Shown: positions 1 through 11,771 of the stretch, piece by piece
Layout: the number at the start of each line of letters is the position of its first letter
How positions within the stretch are numbered: the stretch's first letter is position 1
Assembly: GCA_050952645.1 (NCBI GenBank)
Contig: JBMNLI010000010.1
Location: forward strand, 64,001 to 128,000
DNA: 64,000 nt
From: Bdellovibrionota bacterium
GTDB taxonomy: Bacteria; Bdellovibrionota_C; UBA2361; CAKMMH01
Reading direction: 5' to 3'
Translations under genes and position numbers: made by a program
Notes under the pieces: model-generated
Seen by the model: the letters and a program-made list of their open reading frames with translations, nothing else
The model's database searches: none
Told to the model about the DNA's origin: nothing

Positions 1-560
<560 letters not shown>

Positions 561-733
561 TTAAATAATTTTTTAAAAATACTTTTTAAAATACTTCTTT
601 GAAATTTTTTATCTTATCTCTTAAGACCTAATTTATCTTAGTAATCACCAAAATATAAATTATCAAGAAAAATTTTAAAAAAAGATGAAAATTTAAAGCA
701 ACTCCTTTAATTAAATCGTTTATTTATCTCTCG

Positions 734-1378
734 TTAATTATCTTGCTCGCTCGAACATACTACGACTTGAGCGTGACGCAAGATTTTATCTTTATAATAA
801 TAAAGCTTCTTAAACTCACTAATAATTTCATTAACTTTCGCATCTTTTGCTGGCACTCTGCTAAGTGCATTGTGTTTTGTAGGGTCGAACATCTCGCCTA
901 CTGAGTTTTCCGACTTTACTCCCCATTTCGCAAGAACATCTAAAAATTGTTTATGTATCATTTTAACTCCAGAGCATATATCCTCGCTAACAGAAGCTTC
1001 TCCCTTTGCATACGTATGCTCTAATGCTCTATCTAAATTATCTAGCACCTCTAGAAGATCTACTAAAATAGGCTCTCCTTGATATTTTAACAAATCTGCT
1101 CTTTCCTTGCTTGAACGTTTTTTATAATTTTCTAAATCTGCTAAAGCCATTAAATATTTTTCTTTACTCTCTTCTAAAGATTTTTTTAACTCCCCTATTT
1201 CTGCTTCTAGTTTAATAATTTTTTTATTTCCTTTTCTACTATCGAAACCCTCTTCTTTAAAATTTTTATTACGTTTTTTCTTAGATGTCTCTAAGATATC
1301 TTCATCTAAAATATTTTCCGTTTCCATTTCATTATATCCACTATCTTCATTGTATTCTCTTTCTTTATCGTATCCCAT
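734..1378 (-). CDS. grpE: Nucleotide exchange factor GrpE
   Basis: Motifs ADLENYKKR, LLEVLDNLDRAL, FDPTKHNA and ILRHAQVVV; adjacent to dnaK. Confidence 0.96.
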   Translation of the reverse strand: MGYDKEREYNEDSGYNEMETENILDEDILETSKKKRNKNFKEEGFDSRKGNKKIIKLEAEIGELKKSLEESKEKYLMALADLENYKKRSSKERADLLKYQGEPILVDLLEVLDNLDRALEHTYAKGEASVSEDICSGVKMIHKQFLDVLAKWGVKSENSVGEMFDPTKHNALSRVPAKDAKVNEIISEFKKLYYYKDKILRHAQVVVCSSEQDN

Positions 1379-1491
1379 AAAACAACCATCCTCTTTTAAG
1401 TTAATTCAAAAAATTGTCATCCTTGTAAAATAAACTCATTTGTATATATAATCATCGAAGTGAGAACTTTCAAGAAATAAAAACAAAATTT

Positions 1492-2094
1492 ATGAAAAAA
1501 ACTAATATTTCAACTAAAAAAATCGACGCTATAACTATAAAACTCGCCATGTCGGGCGATTTTAATATCGTTTTAACTGCTATCACTAAAGAAGATAAGA
1601 AACTTTCCTTTTTTGCCTCAAATATAAAACGAAGCAACAAGAAGCAAAGTATACCAGAGATTTTCGATATTTGCTCTTTTGAAATCATTGAAAAGGAGGA
1701 AGATAAATTAAGCAAATTAAAGGATTACAAGTTTATTTCTAATTTTAAAAATTTACGTGATAATTTTACAAAACTATGTGCAAGCACTACTCTAATTGAG
1801 GCTACAAATAATTTAGTAAAAGATGGAGATACTACAAAAAATATTTTTAAACTTCTAAGCTCATCTCTTTTTTTAATAGATAAAGAAGAAGAAACTTTAA
1901 AAGTTTTTAAAATTCTTTACGATACTCTCTTTGAATTATTAGTTCTGCTTGGTTTTGAAAATAGGAGATTAAAAAAACCTGCATCTAAAAAACACTTAAT
2001 ATCACTTCTTAATAAAATAGAAGAAGTTTCGGAACAAAAATTAAAAAGCCTTAGCACTCTTTTAGAAACTCTTCCAAAGAGCCAAAAAAAATAG
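1492..2094 (+). CDS. Divergent RecO-like DNA repair protein
   Basis: The N-terminus resembles the RecO OB fold (AITIK..SGDFNIVLTAITKEDKKLSFFASNIKRSNKK) and is followed by a helical region ending LLVLLGF. No Zn-finger cysteines. Confidence 0.6.
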   Translation: MKKTNISTKKIDAITIKLAMSGDFNIVLTAITKEDKKLSFFASNIKRSNKKQSIPEIFDICSFEIIEKEEDKLSKLKDYKFISNFKNLRDNFTKLCASTTLIEATNNLVKDGDTTKNIFKLLSSSLFLIDKEEETLKVFKILYDTLFELLVLLGFENRRLKKPASKKHLISLLNKIEEVSEQKLKSLSTLLETLPKSQKK

Positions 2095-2170
2095 CTCTTT
2101 GCACGTTTAAAACTTCTTCATATTTAAAGAGATTTAAAAAAATTTTTAAACACTTTGCCCCTAACTTAGG

Positions 2171-2410
2171 CTACTCTTTATGACAATTATCGCTACAAGA
2201 TTTTGATGAGCAATCCCCCTTATGCGCATAATCCGTTTCATACCAACCTGTGCCTTTTAAAACGAAACTCGAATGAGAAATTAGCTTTTCTACTTGAACG
2301 CTTTTTCCTTGCTCTTTACATTTAGGACATTCTTTTAATTTTTCTTCATTTACTTTCTGAAGAACCTCAAACTTACCACAATTTGGACATTCATATTCAT
2401 ATATTGGCAT
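2171..2410 (-). CDS. FmdB-family zinc-ribbon protein
   Basis: [12 protein letters not shown]...CPKC...[13 protein letters not shown]; likely start is the ATG at 2410. Confidence 0.9.
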   Translation of the reverse strand: MPIYEYECPNCGKFEVLQKVNEEKLKECPKCKEQGKSVQVEKLISHSSFVLKGTGWYETDYAHKGDCSSKSCSDNCHKE

Positions 2411-2441
2411 AACTTTCACCTCATAATTTTCGCCTATAAAA

Positions 2442-2747
2442 TCAACTTCTCGCCTCTAATTCTTTATATATTTTAATAAAATCATCTTTAGTAAAATTAG
2501 AAATTTTTATACTCTTTAATCTTTGCTTTTCGCCTTTTATTATATTTACACCCGATTTAGAAATTTTAAAAGCCTTTGATAAAAATTTAATAACTTCATT
2601 ATTAGCTTTGCCATCTACCGGGGGGCATGCAACTTGAAGTTTTAAACTTTCATTAAAAATCCCACAAAATCTAGTCTTTGAAGCCCCAGGCTGAATATAA
2701 CATGAAATTATAATATCTCCATCTTTTTCACTTATAAAATCGTACAT
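2442..2747 (-). CDS. DUF167/YggU family protein
   Basis: Motifs IQPGASKT and [24 protein letters not shown]. Confidence 0.9.
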   Translation of the reverse strand: MYDFISEKDGDIIISCYIQPGASKTRFCGIFNESLKLQVACPPVDGKANNEVIKFLSKAFKISKSGVNIIKGEKQRLKSIKISNFTKDDFIKIYKELEARS

Positions 2748-2846
2748 GGCAAAAAAATAAAAATTATTATTGCTAGCAAACTTAAAAATTAATATTCTTA
2801 ATATATATTACAAAATGCAATATATCAAATAATAAGGGAAATAATC

Positions 2847-3296
2847 ATGGAACTTCTTTCTTGGCAAATATGGTTTCTAATAGCTGCACTTTTATTCATT
2901 TTAGAAATGTTATCTGGTACTTTCGTTTTATTATTTTTAGGACTAGCTTGTACAGGTGCTGCAATATGTGCTGCATTTAAACTTTCATTTATGTATCAAT
3001 GTCTTACATTTTGCGCAATAAGTTCCCTTACAATATTTTTATTTTTAAGACAAAAAAGAATTTCTAGCAATAAAAAAGGTAACGATTTAAAAGTGGCAAA
3101 CTCGGAAAGATTAATTGGACTAATCGGAATTGTTACAGAGGAAATTCCAGAATTTGGAACAGGAAGCGTAAAAGTTGAGAATGAAACATGGATGGCAACA
3201 AGCGAGTCGGGAAAACAAATTTCACTAAATGAAACTGTATCAATCAAAAAAATTTCAGGTGTAAAATTAGTTGTTGAAATTGCAAAAAAAGATTAA
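2847..3296 (+). CDS. Short NfeD-family membrane protein (YbbJ-like)
   Basis: Three TM segments plus a C-terminal OB domain (LIGLIGIV..GSVKVENETWMA); upstream of an SPFH gene. Confidence 0.88.
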   Translation: MELLSWQIWFLIAALLFILEMLSGTFVLLFLGLACTGAAICAAFKLSFMYQCLTFCAISSLTIFLFLRQKRISSNKKGNDLKVANSERLIGLIGIVTEEIPEFGTGSVKVENETWMATSESGKQISLNETVSIKKISGVKLVVEIAKKD

Positions 3297-3533
3297 TTTT
3301 AATTTAAATTTTAATGTCTCTTTTTATCATTTTTTAAAACATCTTCTTTAATGAAATTGCAAATTTTTTGTGTGTAGAAATCCTATTAGATCCTAAAATT
3401 GATAAAAATGAATTATTATTTATTAAAAGCTTAGAAAAGCTTAAATAGAATTCCTCATTGCTAGTATTATTAAATTAAATAATAATTATATTAATTGTCG
3501 TAAAAATTCATTTTCGTTTTCTAAGGAGAAATT

Positions 3534-4457
3534 ATGGGAGAAGTTTTTACTTTTATATTTGGAATTTTGGCGGTTGTGCTAATTATTTTTATTCTCTCTG
3601 GAATTAAAATAATCAGACCATATCAAAATGGACTTGTTGAAAGATTTGGTAAATTTGACAGAATCTTAAAACCTGGATTAAAAATTGTTGTACCATTATT
3701 AGAAACCATGGTTAAAATTGATTTAAGAGAGCAAGTTGTAGACATTCCACCTCAAGAAGTTATAACAAAAGATAACGTTGTAGCTACAGTGGATGCTGTC
3801 GTATTTTTGGAAGTCGTTGATCCATATTGCTTTAATTATAATATTGCAAACTTCTGGCTTGCTATAGTAAACCTTGCACAAACAAATTTGAGAAATGTAA
3901 TTGGCGATATGTCACTAGATGAATCCTTAAGCTCTAGAGAAGCAATTAACGCAAAACTACAAAGATCTCTAGATGAAGTAACCGATAAGTGGGGAACAAA
4001 AGTTACTAGAGTTGAAATAAAAAGAATAGAACCTCCTGTGGACGTAACAGACGCTATGCATAAACAAATGAAAGCTGAAAGATATAGAAGAGCTAAAATT
4101 CTAGAAGCTGAAGCTGAAAAGTCTTCTCAAATCCTTATTGCAGATGGTCAAAAGGAAGCCCAAATTAAAAAAGCTGAAGGTGAAGCTGAGGCTATAAGAC
4201 AAGTTGCAGATGCTGAAAAATACAAAAAAATGGCAGTTGCAGCTGGTGAAGCTAATGCTATCATGAATGTATTTAATGCTATACACCAGGGAAAACCTGA
4301 TAAAGATTTAATCACGCTAAAATACTTGGAGTCTTTAGAAAAGATTGCTAATGGGCAATCAACAAAAATCTTTATGCCTATAGAAACATCAGGTATATTA
4401 GGAAGCCTTTCTTCTATTAAAGAAATTTTTGATAGTAATAAAGAAAACAATAAGTAA
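3534..4457 (+). CDS. SPFH/band-7 protein (QmcA-like)
   Basis: Motifs GLVERFGKF, PPQEVITKDNV, WGTKVTRVEIK and QMKAER. Confidence 0.93.
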   Translation: MGEVFTFIFGILAVVLIIFILSGIKIIRPYQNGLVERFGKFDRILKPGLKIVVPLLETMVKIDLREQVVDIPPQEVITKDNVVATVDAVVFLEVVDPYCFNYNIANFWLAIVNLAQTNLRNVIGDMSLDESLSSREAINAKLQRSLDEVTDKWGTKVTRVEIKRIEPPVDVTDAMHKQMKAERYRRAKILEAEAEKSSQILIADGQKEAQIKKAEGEAEAIRQVADAEKYKKMAVAAGEANAIMNVFNAIHQGKPDKDLITLKYLESLEKIANGQSTKIFMPIETSGILGSLSSIKEIFDSNKENNK

Positions 4458-4532
4458 TTTATTTATAGTTAACAAAGCATACAAAAGTTTTAAAATTGTA
4501 AAAATTACTTTCCTTAGTTAAATTTTTGAATA

Positions 4533-4586
4533 TAAAATAATATAGCTTTTATAAAAAATATTATTTTATAAAGCTATATTATTTTA
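4533..4586. terminator. AT-rich hairpin between convergent genes, probable bidirectional terminator
   Basis: Inverted repeat TAAAATAATATAGCTTT...AAAGCTATATTATTTTA. Confidence 0.6.
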
Positions 4587-4595
4587 TTAATCCCC

Positions 4596-7268
4596 TTAGT
4601 TACTCAATAATGTTTCATCCCATTCTTGACAATAAGTAATATTCGAACTAATTGTATCAACTATCGGTTTATAATAAGAATTTATAATGGTATCAGCCAT
4701 ATATGTTTTATTATACAACAAATCAATCTGATGTATTATACTATCAAATGCTGTTCTTGAAGATACCTTGATAATATTATTTTTGTTATTGTTAAGATGT
4801 GTTTTCGCATCTTTTAAATATGCAGAAATATATCTAATATATTCTTTTAATTCATTTCTAAAACCATCAATAGTTTTAATATCATAATTAAATTGAGAAG
4901 AAGTACAATTATTCTTGTTTCTACATTGTATCATGTCAACAGTTGGTATAGTTACATTTAACTCATTTATAAGATTGTTAATATAAGTATCTCCTATTTC
5001 AATCTTATTGTCTATTATATGAGTATTATGAAATTCTATAATATCATTAATACTTAATTTTTTTATTTCGTTAATCAAACTTTCCTTCTTATCAAAGATA
5101 TTAATAAAATTACAATTAGTAAGGAAATTTTTTCCATAATTATCATTATTACAATACGCTAACTTATTAGATGTCGTAGAAATATAATTATTATTTCCTT
5201 TTCGAACATCAGGAAGTTGCCACTTAACTGTCTTTGTGTTGTACTGTGTATCAACTGAAAATGCAAAATTATGAATACCTTGAACAAAAACTTGATTTTG
5301 ACCGTAATCTTTAGATGTAAGATTTCCATTTATGAAAATATTATTGTTTTGTCCAAAATATACAGGAAAATCATTATTATTTTCATAACCAAATAAGGCA
5401 TATTGTTTGCCAGTCTTAAAATCTGATTGAATACAATTAAATGCAAGTTTTATATTCTGAATTTTATATTCATCTGTTAAATGATTAGCAGACACAACTA
5501 ATGTTTGAATAGCCTCATCTTTAACATTTAATTTCCATTCTAAAGTTTTATCTTTATCAAAAGTTACAACCATAACCCCCTTATACTCACCTGGTCGAAA
5601 CTCAGATATCTCTTTAGTAGGATCAATTATATTATCTGCCAATGATAATACCTCCACTCTATTTCCATCAACTGTAACTGCATTATTATCTAATTCATTA
5701 CTTTCATAAGTTTTATCCCCAATATTTTTGTATCCAACATACGCTGTAATTGTGTTATTTCCATTATCTTGTATACCATTAAGCATAGGATACAAATGTG
5801 GTACTGGAGTTGGACTTGGAGTAAAAGTTTTCGTATAAGTATATGTTTTGGTAAACGTACTTGTTTTAGTTGGGGTTTTAGTTTTAGTAGGCGTTTTTGT
5901 CTTTGTTGGAGTTCTCGTCTTTGTTGGAGTTCTCGTAAAAGTCGAAGTTCTCGTATAAGACGCTGTCTGTGTAAAAGTTATAGTATTAGTAAATGTAGGA
6001 GTAGGTTTAACTATCCTTAAACTTGCATCGTCACATTCACCATCTTTATTATAATCATTACATGCACAAACTATTGTTACAATATATTCCCTACCTTCAT
6101 CAGTTAATTCTTTACAATCATATTGATTATTAGTCAATGCACAATCATAAAAAGCATAATTATCACCTTGTATTAATGGATGAGATTCAGGTATAACAGA
6201 ACTCTTTACATAAGAAGCATAAACATTATCACCATAGGTATTGGCATATTTTAATTTACAAATCTGTGTTGCTTGAGATAAATCATCTTTATCATTGTTA
6301 GTCGTAGGAATACGCAATTGCCACACTCTTTCTGTTTCATTATATATATGAGGAGTTAATCCAGACATTTCTAATATGGTATGTACAGATAAATTACTAT
6401 CAATTATCTTTGTATACTCATCTTCCCATGGTGCTAACGTAGGTGTTCTTGTTGGAGTTTTTGTCCTAGTAGGTGTCTTAGTTGGAGTTTTCGTTTTTGT
6501 CTTAGTTTTTGTTGGAGTCTTTGTCGGAGTTTTCTGTGTAACTGAATTAATACACTGCACACACGTGCTAGAACAACGAGTTACATCATAAGTGTCGGCA
6601 ATATAAGTCCCATTACACTTAGCTTTATAATAAGTACGTCCATCTGCTGAACAATAATCATTCTTAGTAGCTACTGTACTACCATCCTTTGTTCGTACGA
6701 CCCTTTTTTTATTATTATCTCTTGCACATGCATAAATTGGAGAACTAGGACTTGGTTGAATAGGATTAGCACATGTAATATTTTTTATATATCCCTTACC
6801 ATTTGCACTTGTTACTTTTCTACAACTAGATTCGGATGTCGTAGAACAAATATAATATTCCGCAGTATTAGTACTTACTGGAACTTGTGCTGTCATTAAA
6901 TTTGATACAGTGGAATACCCTTTTGCTCGGCAAAAATTTACTGCATTAACCTGCGTTGGTCCTGAAACATTCTCTAGTAAATACTGCCTCATAATAAGTG
7001 TATTTTTATTATTATTACAATATTCATTTAAATTTCTGTAATAATTTTTACACTGCAATAAAGGAGAGGTTTCTGTACAGTTATCTGGAGGATAACCTGC
7101 TTCAATAATGAACCATGCATTACAAGTTTTTGTAGTAGAATGATTATTAGAAAATATTTTCCCTATTGCACTCTCATAAAAAACTTGACTATTTGATGTT
7201 GCAGAGAAACTTTGAGTTGTAATAAGTAAGGGAAAAACTAAAATTAAAAAAGAAAGATATTTTTTCAT
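4596..7268 (-). CDS. Secreted modular protein with Cys-rich modules and Thr/Pro-rich linkers
   Basis: Signal peptide, two TPTKT repeat linkers, and a twice-repeated module (AYVGYKN / ALFGYEN ... W.L). Confidence 0.75.
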   Translation of the reverse strand: MKKYLSFLILVFPLLITTQSFSATSNSQVFYESAIGKIFSNNHSTTKTCNAWFIIEAGYPPDNCTETSPLLQCKNYYRNLNEYCNNNKNTLIMRQYLLENVSGPTQVNAVNFCRAKGYSTVSNLMTAQVPVSTNTAEYYICSTTSESSCRKVTSANGKGYIKNITCANPIQPSPSSPIYACARDNNKKRVVRTKDGSTVATKNDYCSADGRTYYKAKCNGTYIADTYDVTRCSSTCVQCINSVTQKTPTKTPTKTKTKTKTPTKTPTRTKTPTRTPTLAPWEDEYTKIIDSNLSVHTILEMSGLTPHIYNETERVWQLRIPTTNNDKDDLSQATQICKLKYANTYGDNVYASYVKSSVIPESHPLIQGDNYAFYDCALTNNQYDCKELTDEGREYIVTIVCACNDYNKDGECDDASLRIVKPTPTFTNTITFTQTASYTRTSTFTRTPTKTRTPTKTKTPTKTKTPTKTSTFTKTYTYTKTFTPSPTPVPHLYPMLNGIQDNGNNTITAYVGYKNIGDKTYESNELDNNAVTVDGNRVEVLSLADNIIDPTKEISEFRPGEYKGVMVVTFDKDKTLEWKLNVKDEAIQTLVVSANHLTDEYKIQNIKLAFNCIQSDFKTGKQYALFGYENNNDFPVYFGQNNNIFINGNLTSKDYGQNQVFVQGIHNFAFSVDTQYNTKTVKWQLPDVRKGNNNYISTTSNKLAYCNNDNYGKNFLTNCNFINIFDKKESLINEIKKLSINDIIEFHNTHIIDNKIEIGDTYINNLINELNVTIPTVDMIQCRNKNNCTSSQFNYDIKTIDGFRNELKEYIRYISAYLKDAKTHLNNNKNNIIKVSSRTAFDSIIHQIDLLYNKTYMADTIINSYYKPIVDTISSNITYCQEWDETLLSN

Positions 7269-7520
7269 TTTTAACCTTTTATAATATTAATTGTAAAAAT
7301 CCATTAAAAAAATTCTACATAATTGTATTTAAAATGATTGAATTTACGTAAATTTCAAAATGCACTACAATCATCCAGTTAGATGTGAATTTTCATAAAT
7401 TGATTCTATTTTAACAAACAAAAATACTTTCTCTATTCAAATTGGTTAAAAAATATCTATATTTACAATAAGATACAAAGGTTTCTACTTAAGATATTTT
7501 ACTCTTTCTACAAAAAATTT

Positions 7521-10291
7521 TTATTTTTTAATACTTATTTCTCTATATGCTAATGTTAAATCTCTATTATCCTTACTATTTTCATAAAACGTACTCGGCC
7601 TAAAAGAAACTTCATGTTCTAATCTTAAAGAATTTACACCATTAAAAGTAGAATGATTTGAACTTTCATAGATAGTATCAGTTTCAAATATATTTGTACC
7701 TTTCTTTACAATAAAATCACCAACTAAATTGTCATTAATATAAACTTTTAATTTATTGTCCATAACAGAATGTACATCAAAATATATTTTGTAGGGGTTA
7801 TTATTAATTGCAATGTAATTAATATATGAATCAATACTTCCGTGTTTAGAAATATTATCGCTGGTTTTAATCGCCCATCTTGATACTAACTTTTCTCCCC
7901 TTTCTAATGCACTAAATCCTTTGGCAATAAAAAAATCATTTTCTATAAAATTTAAATTATCATTAACAAAATCTTCTTTAGGATTAAAATTTTTTAAATC
8001 AAAAAAATAAATATTCTTCAATTTACTAAAAAACAAAGGTTCACCCAAAATATCTTTTAAATCTTTAAGTAACTTTTCACTATCAACGATATCAGTATTA
8101 ACACTAATACCATTAAAACCTTGCCTCTTAGCATTTTCAACTATTCTTAACGCATCACTACCATTAAATAATGCTTCTTGCCAAAAATACTCATTAGTAT
8201 GACTTAATGCACCAAAACTCCATTGAATACCTTTTGTAAAAAGATACGGAAATACTTGATAATTACAATTAACTAAATTTTGAGAAACATAATTCTCAGG
8301 ATAAGTAAGTATTGGCAATTGTAGAACCTTACCTCCATTTTTTAAATAATTATTAACATTAAGAGCAAACTCTTTAATACTGCTAATTTTATTATTAATA
8401 GTATTATAATTTTGCGGAAATTTTCTTAAATTATTTTCATTAACATGAAAACATAACAATACAATACAAAAAATCACAATATAAATTTGTTTAAAATTTT
8501 TAAAATATTTCTTAAATAAAATATTAATTAAATATATTACTGCAAGAATAGAAAACATTAATATGTAAACAGAAATTCGATTATAAGTTCTAATTTTTGT
8601 AAATCCAAATAATGCTATAAAAACACCTACAGCACTTTGCAAACCAAGTAGTAGAGCAAAAATATTTAACTTAGAGAGAAAATTTAGCATTTCTTTATTA
8701 TCATCATCTTCATATTTTTGAATAAATTTTCTGAATCCATCTATAAGCAAAACTGCTATAAGGATTATAAATCCAATAATCCCCATAATACCAAGATAAT
8801 TAATTATTGCTTCAGTTTTAAAAAATTTTGAATGATTATAGGCTTGAGTTAACCATGAAAAGATATGAAAATCCCCAAATGTTTTTGGCATAAATAAATG
8901 AACTAAACTTAATCCATAATAAAAGGCTTCATAAGGATCTCTTGTAGAAGTTTTTGTAGAACCATTAAGAATACTATTTAATATTGATGGATACAAATTA
9001 CTTATAAGAACCACAAAAATCATAAAAAGAAAATAAAGACCTCTAAGACAAGCTACTAACCGTTTATTAAATAAAGCGATTAATATACTCAAAACTATAA
9101 ATGCACAGCCAAAATATGCATAATAAATATCTACAGATCCTATAAAAAAAGAACTCAAAATTAGACTTGAATATAATTTTATCTTATCTTCAATGTCTAA
9201 TTTTCTATTATTAAAGTTATCTTTAAAAACAATATTAATACAAAAATAAAAAATCAAAGTTATGACAAAATAAGAAGAAGCGGTAACATGTTGAGCACTT
9301 CTAAATAAGTGATATTGTGTAAAAGAAAATAACAGTCCACCGAAAAGCGCAAGATAATAATTAATTTTAAGCTCTCTTGCTATTAAAATAAAACCAAATA
9401 CAGCAAACAAAAAAGTTAAAATATAATATAAATTATTAACAAGAATAACATTACTAGTAAAAAAGCCCAAAAAATAACAAAAATCATAATAAAAAGCCAT
9501 AAGCATCGGGAAATTGTACCTTGCAACGCCAAAAGGTGCTCCTAAATCATTCATATACCAAAAACTATTACCATCTATTGCATTTTTTGCTACAGATAAA
9601 AAATGACCATCATCTATTCCATCTAAGAAAAATGGAACATTAACAACATCCCAATGGAAACTATTATATATATACCCAAACAATATTAAGACTACAGCAT
9701 TTGTTAAGGAAAAAATACTAATATTTTTTAAATTAAAAATCTTTGATCTATAAGAATATAGAAAAAATATCAAGGAACCTAATATTACAGTATATAACAA
9801 AGCTTGGAAAATGTAGCAAAGCGAATTAATAAATTTTAAAGTTACTCCATTTTGAACAATTTTAATATCATTAAAAATTTCTTTATTCTCAGCTTTAATT
9901 TTTAAAATATAACTTTTGTCATTATTATCATAAAATATCTTAGGTAAAAGTACACTTTCGCCTTTTATAATATTAAAAAGTTTAGCATATATTAATTTAT
10001 TTGTATTTTTTTCATATAAACTTATTAATGTATCGATTTCCTTATTTAAAGAATTATTCAGATTAAGTGAAATGCTAAAAGAATTACCATTATTATTTGG
10101 ATTAAGTGGAATTTCTAAATCAAGATCCTTAGAATTATTTACTTGATATTCATTTATATTTTTAAAATTGAAACTTTTAACTAACTGTGTACTTGTAATA
10201 TGAGATAATGAATCTTTATGATAAATTAAACATAAAATCAACCAAAAGTTAAAATTAAAAACAATAAAAATACACGAGATTTTCTTTTCAT
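7521..10291 (-). CDS. Polytopic membrane protein, GT-C/YfhO-like glycosyltransferase candidate, with an apparent 1-nt frameshift near the N-terminus
   Basis: More than 10 TM segments, a DGIDD loop, LGAPFG and IRTYNRISVYI. The ATG at 10291 gives MKRKSRVFLLFLILTFG*, which continues as LILCLIYHKD in the long frame. Confidence 0.6.
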
Positions 10292-10404
10292 AAATAAATT
10301 CTTTAAAATAAAAAATAAAAAATAAATATATTGAAATAGTTATCAATACATATGCATTATAAAATAATTTATTAAAAATTAAAAACCTAATTATTACTGT
10401 AATG

Positions 10405-10536
10405 TTACTCTAAAATTTTAACTGAAATTTCTTTATATGCCACAGTTAAAACTCGTTTATCGGTCGAATTTTTATCAAAGTCACTTGGCGTAAATGACTT
10501 ACCATGTTCTAGTCTAATTACATTAGGCTCAGACAT
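10405..10536 (-). pseudogene. 43-codon remnant paralogous to the C-terminus of the 7521..10291 protein
   Basis: NVIRLEHGKSFTPSDFDKNSTDKRVLTVAYKEISVK aligns with NSLRLEHEVSFRPSTFYENSKDNRDLTLAYREISIK. Confidence 0.8.
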
Positions 10537-10583
10537 TATCTATATTTTTTAAATTAATCATCAGTGATATCAAAAAAACAAAA

Positions 10584-11765
10584 CTAAGATAGAATTTTGC
10601 AGAAATCGTCTAAAATCTTACTATCATTATACTCTTTTTCAATATATGCCTTTGCATTTTTTTCTATATTTTCTCTTAATGCATCATCATTAATTAATTT
10701 TAAAATCGCTTCTTCTAAATTTTTTTCTAAATTTTCTCTTTTAACTTGATACGCTGCGTTATTTGGAAGTTCTGCAAACCAACCATCAGCATTTATAATA
10801 CAAGTTTTCCCTCGCTCTAAAATTCTTATCATTGCCCCCGATGTTTCGCCAAGAGTTGGATACCTAAGATTTACAATAACATCTGAATACTCAATAAAAG
10901 CTTCAAAATCATCTAGTGTGACATATCCAGTTTTGATAATTAATTTATCATCAATATATGAATCTACGACATCACCTTCACCAATCATTACATAACAAAT
11001 CTTTTTATTAAAATTATTTGAAATATTCTTAACTGCTTTACATGTATATTCATTTAATTTAGTAGGAATAATATTTCCAAATGAAGAAATTATAATTGCA
11101 TCTTTTGGAATATTAAATTTTTCAAAAAGGCTATCTCTTGAAATATTTTTGTTTTCTAATTTTTCTCCAACTTTAAGGTGATTAACTTTAAAAAGATTCT
11201 TTTTATCGATAAGTCCTGTCTTTAAAATATTGTCATGAGAATACCAAGAGTGAACTATTATTTTATTTCCTGAAAGTAAAAGCTCATTATTAAAAGGAAC
11301 CTTTGTAGTCCTATTAAAATCATATTTTCCTTCTTTATACATTAATTTAATTTGATAAAAATCATCTATTCCACATAAATTATATAATTTTTGAAAAAAT
11401 AAGTTTTTCTTACCATACATATAAGACATAAGATCATAAATTACCATATCATGTAATATTACAAATCCTGGATGTTTAAGACATAACTTATAAATATACT
11501 CATGATACTGACCATTATTTCCTATATTATATATAATACAATCATAAGAATTAAAATTTACTAAATTAACATCCTTTTTTAATACCTTATATTTATCCTC
11601 TAACTCTTTATCTACTTCATTGTTATCAGTATATAAGGTTATATCAAATCTTTGACTTAATACCTCAATTAATCTTTTAGAATAATCAGCAATTCCACTT
11701 TTTGAAGGAGGAAGAGGACTTACATAAATAATACTTTTTTTAGACATAAATAAATCCTTAATCAA
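10584..11765 (-). CDS. GT4-family glycosyltransferase
   Basis: Motifs SPLPPSKSGIADYS and NLRYPTLGETSG; the likely start is the ATG at 11747. Confidence 0.88.
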   Translation of the reverse strand: MIKDLFMSKKSIIYVSPLPPSKSGIADYSKRLIEVLSQRFDITLYTDNNEVDKELEDKYKVLKKDVNLVNFNSYDCIIYNIGNNGQYHEYIYKLCLKHPGFVILHDMVIYDLMSYMYGKKNLFFQKLYNLCGIDDFYQIKLMYKEGKYDFNRTTKVPFNNELLLSGNKIIVHSWYSHDNILKTGLIDKKNLFKVNHLKVGEKLENKNISRDSLFEKFNIPKDAIIISSFGNIIPTKLNEYTCKAVKNISNNFNKKICYVMIGEGDVVDSYIDDKLIIKTGYVTLDDFEAFIEYSDVIVNLRYPTLGETSGAMIRILERGKTCIINADGWFAELPNNAAYQVKRENLEKNLEEAILKLINDDALRENIEKNAKAYIEKEYNDSKILDDFCKILS

Positions 11766-11771
11766 TTATAC

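Noticed and set aside
2051..2059. TTAGCACTC CIRCE half-site near grpE-dnaK
   Set aside because: The second arm (GAGTGCTAA) is missing, and the site lies inside a CDS far from the grpE promoter.
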